A stretch of 64,000 nt of DNA from a virus. The notes under the pieces are model-generated. The model saw only the letters and a list, made by a program, of their open reading frames with translations, was not told where the DNA came from and did no database searches. Both the position numbers and the translations under genes were made by a program. Shown here in pieces: positions 58,325-64,000 of the stretch (its first letter is position 1; every line of letters starts with the position of its first letter). The stretch is taken from positions 1 through 64,000 of IMG/VR virus record IMGVR_UViG_3300023238_000005; one strand, given 5' to 3'.

Positions 58325-58623
58325 AGACTCTCTTCTACTGTTACTTGCAGAGGGAATCCGTGATTGCGACTTGCATTTATCGCTTCGACACTCTTTTGCT
58401 CTGCTATCTCGTACTTATACGTGCCTACTACAGCAGAATCTTCATTATGGATTTTCATTGTAATTGCCTCAGCGGCAATATCGCTATGCTTAAATATTTC
58501 TTTAAGAACACCCAATACCCATTCTATAGGAGTAGCATCATCATTGAGCATGATCACATCGTAATCACTAGGCTCTTTAATATCTAGTTTAATTTTTTCG
58601 TCAATCTGTACGTCAGTTGTCAT
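58321..58623 (-). CDS. clpS: N-degron adaptor ClpS
   Basis: YDVIMLNDDATP, IH, EIAEQK, GFPL. Confidence 0.9.
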   Translation of the reverse strand: MTTDVQIDEKIKLDIKEPSDYDVIMLNDDATPIEWVLGVLKEIFKHSDIAAEAITMKIHNEDSAVVGTYKYEIAEQKSVEAINASRNHGFPLQVTVEESL

Positions 58624-58643
58624 GTTATATCCTAAGTGTAAGT

Positions 58644-58666
58644 TGGGGGAGATATTTCACTCCCCC
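58644..58666 (-). terminator. GC-rich hairpin downstream of hsp20
   Basis: GGGGGAG...CTCCCCC inverted repeat between hsp20 and clpS; weak U-tract. Confidence 0.5.
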
Positions 58667-58673
58667 GGTTTAG

Positions 58674-59147
58674 TTACTTGCTGTCTGTGTCAACTGCTTC
58701 GTGTACTGCGCCTGAGTAATCTTTAATAGCGATTTTCTTAGGTTTTAGTGCATCTGGCAGATTTCTTTGTAAGTGTATATTGAGCATGCCTAGTTCAAGA
58801 CCGGCCCCTTCAACTTCAACGTGATCAGCTAATGTAAACTCTCTTCTGAAGTTGCGTCCGCCAATACCTTTGTGCAGGTAGTTAACTGATTCATCTCCTT
58901 TTGGAGCCGTACCTTCAATCTTTAATTGATTACCATCTGTAGTAATATCAAGATTGTCCATACCAAAGCCAGCAACAGCTAATGAGATCATATACTCATC
59001 ATCGTTTATTTGTGCAATGTTGTATGGGGGATATCCGTTTCCGTTTGGACTATTTGCAAAGCCTCTTTCGAGTTCATTAAATAGTCTGTCAAAGCCAATA
59101 GTAGCTTTGTGGAAGTGTGGTAGATTTATTGTGTCAATTCTTGTCAT
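58674..59147 (-). CDS. Small heat-shock protein (IbpA/Hsp20)
   Basis: IGFDRLF, YPPYNI, LAVAGF, YLHKGI..R.F.R.F.L. Confidence 0.95.
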   Translation of the reverse strand: MTRIDTINLPHFHKATIGFDRLFNELERGFANSPNGNGYPPYNIAQINDDEYMISLAVAGFGMDNLDITTDGNQLKIEGTAPKGDESVNYLHKGIGGRNFRREFTLADHVEVEGAGLELGMLNIHLQRNLPDALKPKKIAIKDYSGAVHEAVDTDSK

Positions 59148-59208
59148 TTTGTTTTCTCCTTTAAAAAAGCAAGATATAATTGTGTGACCCTCACGGCATC
59201 ACACAATT
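59148..59208 (-). promoter_or_regulatory. ROSE-like RNA thermometer in the hsp20 5'UTR
   Basis: 5' hairpin AAUUGUGUGA/UCACACAAUU, then UCUUGCU-loop-AGGAGA covering the SD. Confidence 0.7.
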
Positions 59209-59224
59209 ATTTATCATCAAACAG

Positions 59225-61151
<1,927 letters not shown>

Positions 61152-61200
61152 CTTTATTTCTCCTTTAAAGCAAGATTTAGTTTGAGCTCTTTCGACGCTC
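61152..61200 (-). promoter_or_regulatory. ROSE-like RNA thermometer in the groES 5'UTR
   Basis: GAGC...GCUC hairpin, then UCUUGCU-UUAA-AGGAGA. Confidence 0.62.
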
Positions 61201-61203
61201 GAT

Positions 61204-62331
61204 TTATTTATTATTGTTAGCATACACAGCATTGAATTGCTGAGTACAACGAACAAAAGTTGTGCATTTGCTAAGTTGCTTGAGCTTCATAGCGCCTGCA
61301 TAAGTGCAGGTAGATCTAATACCACCGAGTAAATCTTGTATGGTTACACCAACAGAGCCCCTGTATGGTATTAGAACTTCCCTGCCTTCAGAAGATCGAT
61401 AATCTTTCAATCCTCCAAAGTGTTTCGTGTTTGCTGCATCACTACTCATACCGTAGAACTGTATAAAATCTTTTGTTTCTACGTACTGCTCGCCAGTTTG
61501 ATTATTAAGTTCGTTTGACAGATAACTTCTAGTAATAATTTCGCCGCCACCTTCATCGTGTCCGGCAAGCATACCGCCAAGCATTACAAAGTCGGCACCG
61601 CCAGCAAAGGCTTTAGCCACGTCACCAGGGCAAGTACAGCCGCCATCAGCAATAATATGTCCACCCAAACCATGAGCGGCGTCAGCGCACTCGATGACCG
61701 CACTAAGCTGCGGATATCCCACACCAGTTTGTATACGAGTAGTACACACGCTGCCAGGCCCAATCCCAACTTTAATAATATCAGCTCCATTTAAGATTAA
61801 CTCCTCTGTCATCTCTCCAGTAACTACATTACCAGCAATGATTACAATGTGTGGAAATGCATCGCGCACCTTCTTAACGTGTTGTGCAAAGTGTTCTGAA
61901 TAACCATTTGCAATGTCCATACATACGTATTTTAAGTTACCATCTGCTAATGCAATTACACTTTGTAATTTGCACCAATCGTCATCACTAGTGCCAATGC
62001 TCATTGCAACATGATTAGTACGTAGATAGTCGTCAGTATTAAAGAACTCTATAAGTTCATCTGCTGAATATGTTTTAACTAGACAAGTAAAGATGCTTTT
62101 TTTAGCAAGTGTATCTGCCATTTCAAACGTACCAACACCATCCATATTACTTGCCATAATAGGAATGCCAGTACAGTGTACATCATCTATATTTTCAGGA
62201 AAGTCTGGAACGTAGTTCCTAAATGTAAAACTTCTATTTAAAACTACTTGCATACGTGATTTAAGTGTTGATCTCTTTGGACGTATAAGAACATCTTTGT
62301 AGTCTAACTTAATATCTTCTTCGAGGCGCAT
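61204..62331 (-). CDS. guaC: GMP reductase
   Basis: [40 protein letters not shown]. Confidence 0.95.
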   Translation of the reverse strand: MRLEEDIKLDYKDVLIRPKRSTLKSRMQVVLNRSFTFRNYVPDFPENIDDVHCTGIPIMASNMDGVGTFEMADTLAKKSIFTCLVKTYSADELIEFFNTDDYLRTNHVAMSIGTSDDDWCKLQSVIALADGNLKYVCMDIANGYSEHFAQHVKKVRDAFPHIVIIAGNVVTGEMTEELILNGADIIKVGIGPGSVCTTRIQTGVGYPQLSAVIECADAAHGLGGHIIADGGCTCPGDVAKAFAGGADFVMLGGMLAGHDEGGGEIITRSYLSNELNNQTGEQYVETKDFIQFYGMSSDAANTKHFGGLKDYRSSEGREVLIPYRGSVGVTIQDLLGGIRSTCTYAGAMKLKQLSKCTTFVRCTQQFNAVYANNNK

Positions 62332-62345
62332 TTTGTATTACCTTT

Positions 62346-62603
62346 TTAATATAGACGGTTTTTAGAACTTGTTGGTGTAGCTTCGTTCATTGTTGCAAGT
62401 TTCTTGAGCCAACGTGCTCTGCCTGCTTTTTTGGCTTTAGCTCGTTTAGTAGTTGGCTTTTCATAAAACTCACGATTACGTAGTTCCTGTAAAATGCCGT
62501 CTTCTGCGATCTTCTTTTTAAACTTGCGTAGTGCAAAGTTAATGTCATTGTTTCGTACTTCAACGCTTAAACCGCGTTTTTCAAATTTATCATTGTGTCT
62601 CAA
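62346..62603 (-). CDS. rpsU: Ribosomal protein bS21
   Basis: V.VRNNDINFALRKFKKK...G...ELR.REFYEKPT.KR. Confidence 0.9.
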   Translation of the reverse strand: MRHNDKFEKRGLSVEVRNNDINFALRKFKKKIAEDGILQELRNREFYEKPTTKRAKAKKAGRARWLKKLATMNEATPTSSKNRLY

Positions 62604-62988
62604 AGTTGTCTCCTATTTTAGACAAAAAATCTAAGTTGTATATTTTATTACTACTTAAACTATTATACACTGAATCCTGGCTGTTTGTCAACCAGTAAGT
62701 TTTGTTTTTTGCAATCATATAGCTTGCAAGGTCTCTGCACCAAGGCGATGTATTATCTATATCAATTATAGCTACATCGCATTGTTTGAACACACTTAAC
62801 AGCCATGTTACTTCATCTTTGTCATGGACAGGTTTGTCGTATACATAGACATTAACATCGTCATCAGACTGTGCCAAGAATTTATCTTGGAGTTCATCTT
62901 GTAGGGGTTTACTGGGATATACTAACAACAGTTGAAGACTGTCATTGAATAACACATCCGGGGATGTAACAATGTTAATTTTTTTCAA
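62590..62988 (-). CDS. Hypothetical protein
   Basis: ORF coupled to rpsU. Confidence 0.6.
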   Translation of the reverse strand: MKKINIVTSPDVLFNDSLQLLLVYPSKPLQDELQDKFLAQSDDDVNVYVYDKPVHDKDEVTWLLSVFKQCDVAIIDIDNTSPWCRDLASYMIAKNKTYWLTNSQDSVYNSLSSNKIYNLDFLSKIGDNFETQ

Positions 62989-62996
62989 TTAAGAAC

Positions 62997-64000
62997 CTAT
63001 TTTTTAGATAGTTTGTTAAAAAGTGTACTTTCGCTTTGCTCTGCATTTTGTTGATAACCTTCGCTATTGCTATTATAGTTATCAGGTTGTACTAGTGTTT
63101 CCCACGGAAGTGAATCTATTTCACCTTTTGAAAATGCATCCTTCCACGCTTCTCTTTCTTCCTTTGGATTACTTGCTTCCCAGTCTGCACGAGCAGTTAC
63201 CCATTCGTCATCTTGTTCTCTATCTTCATAGTATCTACTGTTTGGGTTTGATTCTTCCGGTAACTCTGAAGCTAGTTTTTTTTTGGTCTCTTCAAGTTCT
63301 TCTGGATAAAACATTCTGTTTGCAGTATCAGGGATGTCCTTAGGAGGTAGCATGTCAGCATTTAAATTTATTACGGGTGTCGCTAAGACTTGTTTCTCTA
63401 GCGTTGCAATGTCTCCGAAATCATCAGCAAACACTTCTGGATTGGCCTCAGCTTCTGCGTTTGCTTTTTCGACCCACTCGTTCCAGTTCTCTAAGTTATC
63501 TATTCCGTAGTCTTGTTCTGTTGATTCCACTCTTCCGGCATCGTCTCTTCCGATAGTGTAGGCTCTAGCGGCATCGTTCCCATTAGGCTCTTCAACTTCT
63601 CCTCGATCAAACCAGGCTGCTTCGCCTTTATTATCTTCTCCGGTTCCTTCGGTAGTATCACCGGTGCCGGGGAGTTGCCCATCATCAATTGTATCAGACT
63701 GTTCATTTACTTGTTCTTTCTCTTCTTCCGCAGGCGGCGTAGGAGTAGCAATATCAGGAGGAACGTTGTCAACTATTGCTTGTGCTCTTGCTCTTTCGAA
63801 TTCAGCTTGTTCGAGCCGAAGACGCTCACCGGTTTCATCTTCGAGTTCTTTTCTGCGGAACTCAAAGGTATATTGTGCGGCTAATAATAGTAGTACTGCT
63901 AGTGGATCAAACACAAAGATGATAACAATAATGACCCACTTCACTGCTTCTTCAAGCATATTTTTATCGGCTGCTTCGCCATACACAAATTCAGCAATAT
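62997..64000 (-). CDS. Partial membrane protein with an acidic tail; starts beyond the window
   Basis: VKWVIIVIIFVFDPLAVLLLLAA TM segment; frame open to the window edge. Confidence 0.65.
   Translation of the reverse strand, partial: IAEFVYGEAADKNMLEEAVKWVIIVIIFVFDPLAVLLLLAAQYTFEFRRKELEDETGERLRLEQAEFERARAQAIVDNVPPDIATPTPPAEEEKEQVNEQSDTIDDGQLPGTGDTTEGTGEDNKGEAAWFDRGEVEEPNGNDAARAYTIGRDDAGRVESTEQDYGIDNLENWNEWVEKANAEAEANPEVFADDFGDIATLEKQVLATPVINLNADMLPPKDIPDTANRMFYPEELEETKKKLASELPEESNPNSRYYEDREQDDEWVTARADWEASNPKEEREAWKDAFSKGEIDSLPWETLVQPDNYNSNSEGYQQNAEQSESTLFNKLSKK

Overview
This window is a 64-kb segment of a large (probably jumbo), AT-rich, T4-like or other myovirus-type dsDNA phage, likely aquatic with a proteobacterial host. 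Nearly all genes are on the minus strand. From left to right it holds: (1) a late structural block with an S8 protease and three large tail/baseplate-fibre proteins, headed by iscA; (2) an accessory cassette of two exported cytochrome-c/copper-monooxygenase paralogues, a 43-aa membrane peptide and a pqqA precursor peptide missed by the ORF track; (3) a GIY-YIG endonuclease, uvsE, fpr, a glycosyltransferase, queD, a two-subunit type II topoisomerase and DNA ligase; (4) a long early region with many near-consensus sigma70 promoters, encoding an HD hydrolase, a macrodomain, clpP, tilS, a ParB-like/HNH pair, infA, a shuffled small-ORF family and a chimeric nitrilase; (5) three secreted or membrane low-complexity proteins and a stand-alone Fis-type HTH; (6) a host-support block of bilin reductase, heme oxygenase, clpS, hsp20, groEL, groES, guaC and rpsU. 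The best leads are the pqqA plus heme-c/Cu-monooxygenase operon, ROSE-like RNA thermometers in front of both hsp20 and groES, and an N-terminal tag shared by UvsE and DNA ligase. All calls come from reading motifs by eye; no database search was run, so novelty is unverified.
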